35,579 bases of DNA, from positions 1 through 35,579 of the forward strand of contig DASPJS010000015.1 of assembly GCA_035628495.1 (NCBI GenBank), in the 5' to 3' direction. Both the position numbers and the translations under genes were made by a program. Source of the stretch: Minisyncoccota bacterium (lineage in GTDB: Bacteria; Patescibacteriota; Minisyncoccia; Phycocordibacterales; SBAW01). A model generated the notes under the pieces. That model was not told the DNA's origin, did not search any database, and saw nothing but the letters and a program-made list of their open reading frames with translations. Shown here in pieces: positions 1-8,214 of the stretch; position 1 is the first letter of the stretch; each line of letters begins with the position of its first letter.

Positions 1-390
1 GAGATGAACATAGACGTCGAAAAAGTCTATCAGATTGAAAAAATTGACCAAGACACTGTCTCGCTTGAGAGCCCTGTAGGCTCAGACGAGGGAGATGAAG
101 GAAAATCGGTGCTTGGTGATTTCATCAAAGACGATAAGATTCTATCGCCTGACCAGGAAGTTGCGCGCCGCATCTTGGCAGACCAGTTGCGCGAAATTCT
201 TGATGAGCTATCTCCTAAGGAGCGCGAAATTTTGAAACTGCGCCATGGGCTTGAAGATGGTATTTACCACACACTTGAAGAGGTAGGAAAGAAATTCGGC
301 GTGACCCGCGAGCGCATCCGCCAAATTGAAGCAAAAGCACTAGAGCGCATCCGCAGCCATGAGAAGGCGAAGCGGCTGAGAAGTTATTAG
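1..390 (+). CDS. rpoD: RNA polymerase sigma-70 family factor (RpoD/SigA-like), C-terminal regions 3-4; 5' end lies outside the window
   Basis: Frame +1 is open from base 1. The translation has SLESPVG...LGDFIKD (region 3) and the region 4.2 HTH LSPKEREILKLRHGL...TLEEVGKKFGVTRERIRQIEAKALERIR. Confidence 0.9.
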   Translation, partial: EMNIDVEKVYQIEKIDQDTVSLESPVGSDEGDEGKSVLGDFIKDDKILSPDQEVARRILADQLREILDELSPKEREILKLRHGLEDGIYHTLEEVGKKFGVTRERIRQIEAKALERIRSHEKAKRLRSY

Positions 391-476
391 ATAATTGCAA
401 AGTGAGTACTCCAGGTTTATACTCCTCTGGGGCGGTACCAGGTGTGTAATTGGAAATTCACAAAAAACGGTGGAAC

Positions 477-914
477 ATGACAGCAGGGAATAAAACTTTT
501 GCAACTGCATTCAACTGTATGGATGGACGCTGCCAAGAGGCAGTAACAAACTACGCGAGAAAAAAATTCAGCGTCGAATTTGTCGACATGATAACGGAAC
601 CGGGAATGGATGGAATTCTTGTCGGCAAGAAAGTTGCGCCTGAGCAACCAGGCAATATTTTTGATTGGATTATTTTCAAGGCGAAGGTATCTACAGGCGG
701 TCATGGATCGCGCCATGCGGTTGTGGTGGGACATAGTCAGTGTGCTGGAAATAATGTTTCCGACCAAACACACTTGAGCGACATTCAGCAAATGGCTGAA
801 ACTGTTCGTTCATGGAAGCTATTTGAGACGGTTATTCCTCTCATGGCACGCGAAGGCAGCAATGGCTGGGAGGTCAGTGAAGTCTCCGAGGTACAAACAG
901 CTGCGGCAGCGTAA
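477..914 (+). CDS. Hypothetical small protein with beta-carbonic-anhydrase-like CxDxR / HxxC motifs
   Basis: The ORF is 450..914 with a TTG at 450. The first ATG at 477 is preceded by GGTGGA. The protein has CMDGR near the N-terminus and GHSQCAG about 75 aa later, which resemble the two zinc-ligand motifs of beta-class carbonic anhydrases. It is only about 145 aa, so the function is tentative. Confidence 0.45.
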   Translation: MTAGNKTFATAFNCMDGRCQEAVTNYARKKFSVEFVDMITEPGMDGILVGKKVAPEQPGNIFDWIIFKAKVSTGGHGSRHAVVVGHSQCAGNNVSDQTHLSDIQQMAETVRSWKLFETVIPLMAREGSNGWEVSEVSEVQTAAAA

Positions 915-921
915 TTACGAG

Positions 922-955
922 GCCCCGATCATCGCGATCGGGGCTTCATTTTTAT
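922..955 (+). terminator. Rho-independent terminator
   Basis: GCCCCGATC-atcgc-GATCGGGGC forms a 9-bp stem followed by TTCATTTTTATT, starting 8 nt after the stop at 912-914. Confidence 0.7.
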
Positions 956-967
956 TGAGGGGTCTCG

Positions 968-976
968 TGCTATATT
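968..976 (+). promoter_or_regulatory. Extended -10 promoter element (TGcTATATT)
   Basis: TG at 968-969, one spacer base, then TATATT at 971-976. The ATG at 983 lies 6 nt downstream with no Shine-Dalgarno, so this is a candidate leaderless start. Confidence 0.4.
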
Positions 977-982
977 TTGCGC

Positions 983-1804
983 ATGGCAACGAAGCTTCCC
1001 ATTCAGCACTGGAGTCACTCGTCGCTCATGACTTTTTTGAGGAACCCCTTAGCGTGGTACAAGCGCTATGTTGAGCTCGTGTACGACACTCCCTACACTA
1101 TGTCCTCCGTCGTTGGTCGCGCTGCGCATGTAGCGCTCCAGAATTTCTACGGGGGTATTTCAAAGGAAGGTGCGGTTGAAATGGGACTCGCGTTTTTACG
1201 AAATGTACCTGATTTCGAAATCAATTTTGGCAAAGCGGCCTCGAAGCGCGCCAAGAAAAAGAAGCGCGATGCTATGGAGCGAGAATACTTGCGCAGCGTA
1301 TGGTTTTTCTTAAAGCGACCGCCAAAATACGATGTGGTAGGCGTTGAAGTGAAGGGGGTCGTTAAGGTAAAAGGCCTGCCGCTCCCGCTTAAAGCAGTCT
1401 CAGACCTTGTCGTAGTCTCAAAATTCGAAAAAGAAGCGCTCGACGTAGTCGATTTTAAGTTCGTAGATTCATTCAGCAAATATGGCAAAGACAAGTCGCT
1501 CTTTGTCATTCAGGCGATTTTTAATTATTACACAGTGAGCCAAATCTACAGCCGTCCCGTGCGTCGGTTTATTGTGCATGAAGTCAAAAAATCGAGAAAT
1601 GCTGATGGCCGCTCGCAGCTGCGTAAATATGTCATTAACTTTGCGGAATTCGATGAAGAATTTAAGCTCTTCCATCGGCTCATCAAGGATGCGACCATAG
1701 AAATTGCGCGTCGCAGAATTTATCTTCCCAATCCATCGGACATGCTCGAAGGAGAGAATTCCTTCGATATTTATCGTCTCGGGTTAGTCGAGCAGAAAAA
1801 TTAA
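983..1804 (+). CDS. PD-(D/E)XK nuclease family protein (RecB/Cas4-like fold, no Fe-S cysteine cluster)
   Basis: The N-terminal HWSHSSLMTFLRNPLAWYKRY resembles the start of PD-(D/E)XK nuclease domains. A candidate D...(D/E)xK core lies in SDLVVV...LDVVDFKF. The ORF-track start at 977 is TTG, so I used the ATG at 983. Confidence 0.6.
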   Translation: MATKLPIQHWSHSSLMTFLRNPLAWYKRYVELVYDTPYTMSSVVGRAAHVALQNFYGGISKEGAVEMGLAFLRNVPDFEINFGKAASKRAKKKKRDAMEREYLRSVWFFLKRPPKYDVVGVEVKGVVKVKGLPLPLKAVSDLVVVSKFEKEALDVVDFKFVDSFSKYGKDKSLFVIQAIFNYYTVSQIYSRPVRRFIVHEVKKSRNADGRSQLRKYVINFAEFDEEFKLFHRLIKDATIEIARRRIYLPNPSDMLEGENSFDIYRLGLVEQKN

Positions 1805-1916
1805 CCACATTCGCGATTTACTTTGTTGCGAACTGCGATGCTCCCTCACAATAGGCGGCCTATTGCTTGGTCCGCTTCTCGTTCGCGCCTCGTAACTCAT
1901 CGATTGTGATTAATTT

Positions 1917-2636
1917 TTATTGAGTAGTTGTATTTGGAACAGTATTCCCGGCCGGAGGTGTACCGCCAAGAACTGCATCGATTGCTGCGCGCATTGAGTC
2001 GTACGGCTGGTTGCCCGGAAGTGTTACCGCCTCTTCACCAACCATGAGGAGTGTAAATGGTGTGCCTTGTGCGCCAAGTTTAATTGCTTCGGCATAAGAA
2101 TCGGCAATTTTCTTCGCATATTTGTTACTTGATTGGCAGGCATTGAATGCATTTACATCTAGACCTACTTCTCCCGCAATGACCGGGAGTTGGTTAAGAT
2201 CAAGACCATTGCTTGAAGGCGTTACTTCAAATACCTTATCGATAAATCTAAAGTACGCTGCATCACCGCCTTGTTCAGCCGCACACTCCGCGGCATGCGC
2301 TTCCTGGGGCGCCTTTGAGTGGATTTGGGCGAGCGGGAAGGGGCGCGATATCCATGCGACTTTGCCTGAAGTACCGTAGTAATCCATAATTTGGTGGAGT
2401 GTCGTCTGGAACGTCTTGCAGTGCGGGCACTCAAGATCCATGTACTCAACGATTTTTACCTGTGCGTTAGGGTTACCGAGGATATGGTCTATTGCCGGGT
2501 CGTAGGGGCGCGCGTCTACTTGCGTGGAATTATTATTTCCGGACGGTGTACCTGACTGACCAACTAGAAATACAGCGCCTGCAATGAGCGCTCCTGCAAC
2601 GACGATCGTGACTGGCAAAATATATTGGCTTTTCAT
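1917..2636 (-). CDS. DsbA-family thiol:disulfide oxidoreductase, membrane-anchored
   Basis: An N-terminal TM helix (ILPVTIVVAGALIAGAVFLV) is followed by a thioredoxin fold with a CPHC active site (MDLECPHCKTF) and a DsbA-like C-terminal GTPFTLL segment. Confidence 0.85.
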   Translation of the reverse strand: MKSQYILPVTIVVAGALIAGAVFLVGQSGTPSGNNNSTQVDARPYDPAIDHILGNPNAQVKIVEYMDLECPHCKTFQTTLHQIMDYYGTSGKVAWISRPFPLAQIHSKAPQEAHAAECAAEQGGDAAYFRFIDKVFEVTPSSNGLDLNQLPVIAGEVGLDVNAFNACQSSNKYAKKIADSYAEAIKLGAQGTPFTLLMVGEEAVTLPGNQPYDSMRAAIDAVLGGTPPAGNTVPNTTTQ

Positions 2637-2688
2637 AATTCTTATTTAATTTTTCTCATTTTAGCATCGGATTCGCACTCCGTATTCA

Positions 2689-2717
2689 TTGACCAATCAG
2701 GTGTTTTAAGGTATTAT
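2689..2717 (+). promoter_or_regulatory. Sigma-70 type promoter
   Basis: TTGACC (2689-2694), a 17-nt spacer, then TATTAT (2712-2717), upstream of the gene at 2750. Confidence 0.6.
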
Positions 2718-2749
2718 ATTTGTGGTTTTCCGATTGACAGGAGATGCAG

Positions 2750-3142
2750 ATGCGGAAGTTCTTTGTTACGGTTGCTGCGCTGGCGGCAATGAGTCAGTCT
2801 ACATACGCTGACGAGGGGGAGCGATTCGACTCTCAGGTTATAGATGGATGCGCCGTCGATATATTTTTCAAGGAAGAGAGTGAGAGCGACTTGAGGAAAG
2901 TGCTCAGATTGGAATCGTCCCAGAAGCTATATCTTCTCACGTGCCCGGCGCTTGCAACTGACTCTGAAGCCAAGGCGATTATGGGCAAGTACATCGAGAA
3001 AAATGCCCTACCAATTATTCTGCAGAAAGTATTTCCAATCTCAATTGATGAGAAGAATAAAAGGATTGAAATTCCTAGTGACCCGAGAAATATGTATTGG
3101 GTAGGAGACGTAAACGACATAGTCCAGGCCGGATCGCAGTAG
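2750..3142 (+). CDS. Secreted hypothetical protein
   Basis: The signal peptide is MRKFFVTVAALAAMSQSTYA-DE. AGGAG at 2739-2743 lies 6 nt upstream of the ATG at 2750; the ORF-track ATG at 2744 abuts the SD and is less likely. Confidence 0.6.
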   Translation: MRKFFVTVAALAAMSQSTYADEGERFDSQVIDGCAVDIFFKEESESDLRKVLRLESSQKLYLLTCPALATDSEAKAIMGKYIEKNALPIILQKVFPISIDEKNKRIEIPSDPRNMYWVGDVNDIVQAGSQ

Positions 3143-3168
3143 CGATTCGGCCTATAATTTTTGTGATA

Positions 3169-3738
3169 TTAAAACGGCAACGTGTGCGTCATCGCGGTAC
3201 CATCCACTTCTTCCCATTTTGAAGTGTCGACTTTAATGTCGCGCACCCCATCATAATCGCGATACTTCAAGATTCCGTGCTTTTTGGCATGATCGTAAAG
3301 CTCTTTGGTAATGCGCACGTCGTCTAGACAATATTCGCGCACCTTTTCAATTTCGCCCGTAGTCCACCATTTTTGCGCCTCAATACCGTCAGCGATCTTT
3401 CCTTTCCCAAGCGTTGCTTCTGCGAGATTATCGAGGCGCAACCGGCGCCCAAGGGCATTTTTTACTTCCTTAAGGAGGTCGACGCTTTTTATCTTTGTAA
3501 GGTCGCCCGTGTAGTACCGGTTGAGAATAGGTATGTCAAAATGGTCCGAATTGTAGCCTATGAGAAGATCCGCGCGCTCAAGAATTGGCCAGAGCTGCGG
3601 CAGCTCTTCCTTAAGGAAACTCAAATACTCGTTGGTTTGCGAATCGTGAATACCGACGATAGTGAGTTCCTGATTTGAGAAATCGGCGTTACCGGTGAAA
3701 TCGCCCACAGTTTCAATGTCAAAGGTAATTCGGCGCAT
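3169..3738 (-). CDS. RNase H-like fold 3'-5' exonuclease (DnaQ/PolB-exo-like)
   Basis: It has MRRITFDIET (Exo I DxE), YNSDHFDIPIL (Exo II-like) and YCLDDVRITKELY (Exo III-like). Confidence 0.7.
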   Translation of the reverse strand: MRRITFDIETVGDFTGNADFSNQELTIVGIHDSQTNEYLSFLKEELPQLWPILERADLLIGYNSDHFDIPILNRYYTGDLTKIKSVDLLKEVKNALGRRLRLDNLAEATLGKGKIADGIEAQKWWTTGEIEKVREYCLDDVRITKELYDHAKKHGILKYRDYDGVRDIKVDTSKWEEVDGTAMTHTLPF

Positions 3739-3759
3739 ATGTCCGTACAGAATATACTA

Positions 3760-4995
3760 TTAGAGCGACGGCTTCACGTGCTTGGCGATCTCTTCTTTTT
3801 TTGCCACTATTTCCTCACCGGTATCGAGGTTTTTTATTTTGTATTCGCCGTTTTGAAGCTCATCCTCACCAACAACTATAGTGTACGGAATTTTGTGCTT
3901 TGCGGCGTTCTTTATCTGGTCGCCTAGCTTTCTTTCACCAAAATCTATAGCGACGTTTACTCCGTAGCTTCGCAGCTCTGCAGCAAGCGTCTGGACCTTG
4001 ATCGCCAGTTCAGGGCTCGGGGTGGCGAGGTAGACATGTGTGGGCGGCTTATACGCGGGAAGGAGACCTCGCACTTCAAGAAAATCACGAATGGTTACAT
4101 CTCCCATTGCAAAACCAACTGTCGGGATGCGCTCGTCACCAAACATAGCAAGAAGATTATCGTAACGTCCGCCTCCCATAACTGCACGGTTATTTGAAGG
4201 ATGCGTATCGAATACCTCAAACACCATTCCCGTGTAGTAATTGAAACCGCGCACAATTTCTGGTGCGTAGACTACATTTTTGATGCCTGAGTCCTTAAAA
4301 TCTGAAATCATTTTTGCGATGTCGCCAGGCGGTTCGCTTTCTGAGAGCCGTTCCTTGGGAATATTGAGGACTTTGAGCTGTTCGTCGAATTCGTTTTCAG
4401 ACATTTTTGCTTTTCTGTCGAGAAGCCCCAGAAGTGTTGTCTTCTCTCCCTCGGTCAAATTGTATTCTTGCGTAATTTCATCTAAGTATGTGCGGCTGCC
4501 AACTTTTATGACGAAGTCGTCTTCTTTTGCGCCGAGCGCAGTCATAAGACCATAGGCCACACCGATTACCTCTGCATCCGCGGCGGGAGAAGCAGAGCCG
4601 AATAGATCGACATTAAGCTGCCAGTGCTCGCGTACCCGACCGCGCTGGGGCCGCTCATAGCGGAATACATTCGGGATTGAATATAAACGAAGCGGGAAAC
4701 CCAGTTCTCTGCGTTTTGCGGCGACCATGCGAGCGACTGTAGGCGTCATTTCGGGGCGCAACATTACCTCTCGGCCACCGCGGTCAGTGAAAATATAGCC
4801 TTGTTCATTAACGATTTCTTCGCTTGTTTTACCGCGGTAGAGTTCCGCTGGCTCCAAAACCGATGCGTGGTACTCGACGTAGCCTACTTTTTCGACAAAT
4901 GAACGGATTGTTGAAAAAAGATAGTTTAGAAATGCCTGGTCCTCGGGATAAAAGTCTCTTACTCCCTTATACGGCTCAACTGGAATTTTGCTCAT
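3760..4995 (-). CDS. hisS: Histidine--tRNA ligase
   Basis: HisRS hallmarks are present: KGVRDFYPED, LRPEMTP, FRYERPQRGRVREHWQ and GGGRYDNL, plus a C-terminal anticodon-binding domain. I chose the ATG at 4995 (MSKIPVEPYKG...); the 22-aa N-terminal extension of ORF 3760..5061 would overlap truB. Confidence 0.93.
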   Translation of the reverse strand: MSKIPVEPYKGVRDFYPEDQAFLNYLFSTIRSFVEKVGYVEYHASVLEPAELYRGKTSEEIVNEQGYIFTDRGGREVMLRPEMTPTVARMVAAKRRELGFPLRLYSIPNVFRYERPQRGRVREHWQLNVDLFGSASPAADAEVIGVAYGLMTALGAKEDDFVIKVGSRTYLDEITQEYNLTEGEKTTLLGLLDRKAKMSENEFDEQLKVLNIPKERLSESEPPGDIAKMISDFKDSGIKNVVYAPEIVRGFNYYTGMVFEVFDTHPSNNRAVMGGGRYDNLLAMFGDERIPTVGFAMGDVTIRDFLEVRGLLPAYKPPTHVYLATPSPELAIKVQTLAAELRSYGVNVAIDFGERKLGDQIKNAAKHKIPYTIVVGEDELQNGEYKIKNLDTGEEIVAKKEEIAKHVKPSL

Positions 4996-5023
4996 ATAGT
5001 ATTTATCGTGTAGTGTAGCAGAA

Positions 5024-5806
5024 ATGTCAGCCGCACAGAACATGTCTGGAGAAGTCGTCAATCTCTACAAGCAAATGGGAGAGACACCACGTGAACGTCT
5101 GGAGCGTTTACGTATCCAAAAGCCTTACTACGCGCATGAAGTCCTATCTTATGCTGGTCGCCTTGATCCAATGGCCGAAGGTGTTCTCTTGTGCCTTGTG
5201 GGTTCTGCAAACAAACGCAGAGAGGTATATCTCGACATGTCAAAGGAATACGTTGTCGATATACTTTTCGGCTTCTCAACTGATACGTACGATATTTTGG
5301 GACGCGTTATGGACATAGGCGATCCCTCTGAGCTCACACCAACAATCGTCAGAAAATCACTCAACGAATTTCGAGGAAATTTGCCACAAGATTACCCGCC
5401 GTTCTCATCAAAGACGGTAGAAGGGAAGCCTCTATTTGAGTGGGCGCGCGGCGGAACGCTTTCAGCAATAGTCCTTCCAACGCGCAGCGTCATTGTCTAT
5501 GACATTGAGCTCATCAATATGTATCGCCTCGATGAAGCGACTCTCTATAGCTACATTGAAGATAATGTCGAGCGTGTACAAGGTGATTTTAGGCAAGACG
5601 AGATATTGCGCCTTTGGAGGAGGAGATTGCGCGCAGAAGGTGAGCGCTTCTTCCCATGTGCGACGATTAAAATCTCCTGCTCAAGCGGGACGTATGCGCG
5701 CTCTATCGCACACGGACTGGGCACAGAGCTAGGCGTCCCGGCCTTAGCGTTACATATCCTAAGAACAAAGGTTGGAGAATACGAAGTAGATAAGTCATTG
5801 CGATAA
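5024..5806 (+). CDS. truB: tRNA pseudouridine synthase, TruB family (short form, no PUA domain)
   Basis: The catalytic-Asp motif AGRLDPMAEGVLLCLVG is present, along with the C-terminal GTYARSI motif. The start could instead be the in-frame ATG at 5042. Confidence 0.85.
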   Translation: MSAAQNMSGEVVNLYKQMGETPRERLERLRIQKPYYAHEVLSYAGRLDPMAEGVLLCLVGSANKRREVYLDMSKEYVVDILFGFSTDTYDILGRVMDIGDPSELTPTIVRKSLNEFRGNLPQDYPPFSSKTVEGKPLFEWARGGTLSAIVLPTRSVIVYDIELINMYRLDEATLYSYIEDNVERVQGDFRQDEILRLWRRRLRAEGERFFPCATIKISCSSGTYARSIAHGLGTELGVPALALHILRTKVGEYEVDKSLR

Positions 5807-5816
5807 TAATTAATTA

Positions 5817-6101
5817 TTAAGGTCTAAAGCCAATAAGTCGGCCCTCGGGTTTCTTTGTCTTGTCGGGAATATCCGGGAGACGGGTGGTGAGCTCGCCGTA
5901 GCGCTTTTCGTAGTCCTGAATATTTTTCTTGAACAACATAAAGAGGCGCTTTGCGTGCCGCGGCGTCATATGATACTGACGGCCGGTGCGGCCTGAGGTG
6001 AACCACACGAGGAAGTCATCCTCGGTAAAACGAATGTGTGCATTTGTTAGCTCATAGACTGGTGAGTCAATTTCTACATTCGGCTCATTTTGTTCAGGCA
6101 T
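5817..6101 (-). CDS. DUF3467-like small protein
   Basis: The core FLVWF...MTPRHAKRLFMLFKKNIQDYEKRYGEL resembles the DUF3467 family as I remember it. This has not been checked against an HMM. Confidence 0.55.
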   Translation of the reverse strand: MPEQNEPNVEIDSPVYELTNAHIRFTEDDFLVWFTSGRTGRQYHMTPRHAKRLFMLFKKNIQDYEKRYGELTTRLPDIPDKTKKPEGRLIGFRP

Positions 6102-6142
6102 ACCTCATTTCTATTCCTATGAATCCTTCATGTCAAAGCGAA

Positions 6143-6174
6143 ACAACAAAAAAATATCATGAATTAATTCATGA
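6143..6174 (-). terminator. AT-rich hairpin terminator downstream of nrdB
   Basis: A perfect 18-nt palindrome TCATGAATTAATTCATGA (6157-6174) is followed on the minus strand by TATTTTTTTG, the complement of the plus-strand A-run at 6143-6156. Confidence 0.5.
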
Positions 6175-6208
6175 GCGATTTTTGAACTTATTTTGAGCCA
6201 CTAAGCGG

Positions 6209-7201
6209 CTACCAATCGAGCTCTCCGGTCTTGTATTCGGTGACGCGTGTTTCGAAGAAATTTTTCTCTTTGGGAAGGTCCATGATTTCAGACATCCATG
6301 GGAACGGGTTATCGACGTGATACTGGCGAGCGAGCCCGATGCGCTCAAGGCGGCGGTCCGCAACATGCTCAACATATTGTTTAACTGACTGTGGTGATAG
6401 ACCAAGAATCCCGCGTGGGAGAGCGTCGTCTGCATACTTCTTTTCAAGTTCAACGCCGCGCTTAATGTTGTCTACAAGCGTCTGTTTGAATTCGGCTGTC
6501 CAAATAGAAGGGTTTTCAGCAACAATCGTGTTAATGAGATCAGAGCCGAACGCAAGGTGGACCGATTCGTCTCGGAGTATAAATTGGAATTGCTCGCCCA
6601 CGCCTACCATGCGGTTTTTGCGCAGCATAGAGAGCATCATGGCAAATCCAGCGTAGAAAAAGATGCCTTCCATAATGACGTAGAAGCCCACGAGATCGTG
6701 CACGAACTTTTGTATGTTTTCGTTGCCTTGTGTTGTAAAATTAGGATCAAATACTGATTTTGTGATGTCTACCACAAACTCATCCTTCTCCTTAATCGAA
6801 GGAATCGTCAGGTACATGTTGTACACGTCATCAGGATTGAGCCCTAGCGTATCGCAACAGTAGATGAATGTATCAGTGTGAACCGCCTCTTCGTATGCTT
6901 GACGAAGGAGATATTGGCGCGATTCAGGGTTGGTGATGTGCCTATAAATCGCGAGCACGAGGTTGTTTGCAGTAAGCGACTCGGCGGTCGAGAAGAAGCC
7001 CAAGTTCCACATAATCATGCGGCGCTCGTCCTCAGAGAGTGCGCCTGGTTTTTTCCAGAGCTCTACATCCTGCTGCATCGAAACTTCTTCAGGCACCCAG
7101 TTATTCGCCACACCTTTTTTGTAGTGCGAGCGTGCCCACGGATATTTCATCGGAAGTATTTTGTTCGGGTCAGTCGTTGACGCGCCGTTGATGATTGCCA
7201 T
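6209..7201 (-). CDS. nrdB: Ribonucleoside-diphosphate reductase beta subunit with class Ic-like (R2c) signature
   Basis: The ferritin-like diiron motifs are FFSTAESL (first carboxylate is Glu), EEAVHTDTF (ExxH, with Phe at the radical-Tyr position H+4), MEGIFFY and RDESVH. The C-terminal tail is TEYKTGELDW. Confidence 0.9.
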   Translation of the reverse strand: MAIINGASTTDPNKILPMKYPWARSHYKKGVANNWVPEEVSMQQDVELWKKPGALSEDERRMIMWNLGFFSTAESLTANNLVLAIYRHITNPESRQYLLRQAYEEAVHTDTFIYCCDTLGLNPDDVYNMYLTIPSIKEKDEFVVDITKSVFDPNFTTQGNENIQKFVHDLVGFYVIMEGIFFYAGFAMMLSMLRKNRMVGVGEQFQFILRDESVHLAFGSDLINTIVAENPSIWTAEFKQTLVDNIKRGVELEKKYADDALPRGILGLSPQSVKQYVEHVADRRLERIGLARQYHVDNPFPWMSEIMDLPKEKNFFETRVTEYKTGELDW

Positions 7202-7288
7202 GCGTGAGAGTCATTTTACCAATGGTAGAGGTACCGGGGCAATGGGGAAAGGGTAGTAAGCGCTTTATTTAGTCTACTGTATAGGGGA

Positions 7289-7317
7289 TTGACAAAATAG
7301 GAGTTTGGGTGTATAAT
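7289..7317 (+). promoter_or_regulatory. Consensus sigma-70 promoter
   Basis: TTGACA (7289-7294), a 17-nt spacer, then TATAAT (7312-7317). Confidence 0.8.
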
Positions 7318-7343
7318 GTTTGAGGATTCTCAAGGAGGTGGAG

Positions 7344-7544
7344 ATGACTAAAGTTAAGCTGTTTGTTCAGGTAATAGATAGGGCAAACATTTCAGAAAGC
7401 GTTGCGTCGCTTGAAAAGCAAATCAACGAATGGAAAGGAAAGTTCAACTACCAGCAGGTCGAAACTCCTGTTCATCGAATGGCGTCTATTGGAGGCGACG
7501 GTGTTGCGATTAGCGTACTCGTAGAGTACAGCGAGTCACAATAA
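7344..7544 (+). CDS. Hypothetical small protein (66 aa), cassette 1
   Basis: AAGGAGGTGGAG is the SD directly upstream of the ATG at 7344. The gene has its own consensus promoter and hairpin terminator. I recognise no family. Confidence 0.6.
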   Translation: MTKVKLFVQVIDRANISESVASLEKQINEWKGKFNYQQVETPVHRMASIGGDGVAISVLVEYSESQ

Positions 7545-7555
7545 CAAAACACAAC

Positions 7556-7588
7556 CCCCGCAGCGATGAGCTGCGGGATTTTACTTTG
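7556..7588 (+). terminator. Rho-independent terminator, copy 1 of the repeated 22-nt hairpin
   Basis: CCCCGCAGC-GATGA-GCTGCGGG followed by ATTTTACTTTGG. Confidence 0.8.
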
Positions 7589-7591
7589 GTC

Positions 7592-7620
7592 TTGACAAGC
7601 TTGCAATATATATGTAATTT
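7592..7620 (+). promoter_or_regulatory. Candidate promoter for cassette 2
   Basis: TTGACA at 7592-7597. The -10 is weak and ambiguous in the TATATATGTAATTT tract (TAATTT at a 17-nt spacing). Confidence 0.4.
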
Positions 7621-7646
7621 AGTGATGAAGTTCTTTGGAGGAGAAA

Positions 7647-8093
7647 ATGACAGAAGAGGACCTTGAATTGGAGTGGGGAAACTATTCGCAAGGGAAAAGA
7701 GTTTACCCAGTTCGCCGTATTAAATATTGGCGCAGAGCACAACCGGGAGACCGTATTGTAGTTGCGTGTAGTGAAGAAACCCGGCGATTTTTCGTTTTGG
7801 CTGATGACCCAGAAGTCGGCATTCGTATGCCATACGGTTCAACCATTGAATTTGACGACCCAATCTTTTGCTGCGGTGAGCATCCTAGTGCCTTTGTTAA
7901 TGATCCAGCTGCATATTGGCATGAGAGGATAATAACTATATATAAAGGTAGAGCCTACAAAGGCAACGATAGGTGGGTCTCTCGGCTTATGTTTAAACCA
8001 CGCGGAGGGCCCATGACATTCATCAGAGCTATACATGCCGCGCAATTAGCAACTGTGCGCGAACTTCCAGTCTTGCGAAACGCAGCAGCTTGA
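7647..8093 (+). CDS. Hypothetical protein (148 aa), cassette 2
   Basis: A GGAGGAG SD lies 3-4 nt upstream of the ATG at 7647; the ORF-track start at 7635 is TTG inside the SD. The gene has its own terminator. I recognise no family. Confidence 0.55.
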   Translation: MTEEDLELEWGNYSQGKRVYPVRRIKYWRRAQPGDRIVVACSEETRRFFVLADDPEVGIRMPYGSTIEFDDPIFCCGEHPSAFVNDPAAYWHERIITIYKGRAYKGNDRWVSRLMFKPRGGPMTFIRAIHAAQLATVRELPVLRNAAA

Positions 8094-8115
8094 ATGGTTC
8101 CACAATACTTCCATG

Positions 8116-8142
8116 CCCCGATACGCGATCGGGGCTTTTCTT
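8116..8142 (+). terminator. Rho-independent terminator
   Basis: CCCCGAT-acgcg-ATCGGGG followed by CTTTTCTTAT. The stem is the same family as the hairpin at 922. Confidence 0.7.
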
Positions 8143-8147
8143 ATATA

Positions 8148-8176
8148 TTGACTATTTGATATTTTGGTGTTATTCT
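8148..8176 (+). promoter_or_regulatory. Sigma-70 promoter with extended -10
   Basis: TTGACT (8148-8153), a 17-nt spacer, then TGtTATTCT (TG at 8168-8169, hexamer at 8171-8176). Confidence 0.6.
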
Positions 8177-8214
8177 GCAACTAGGAACGGTCTTTCTCAA
8201 CGTGCGGAGGGCAC

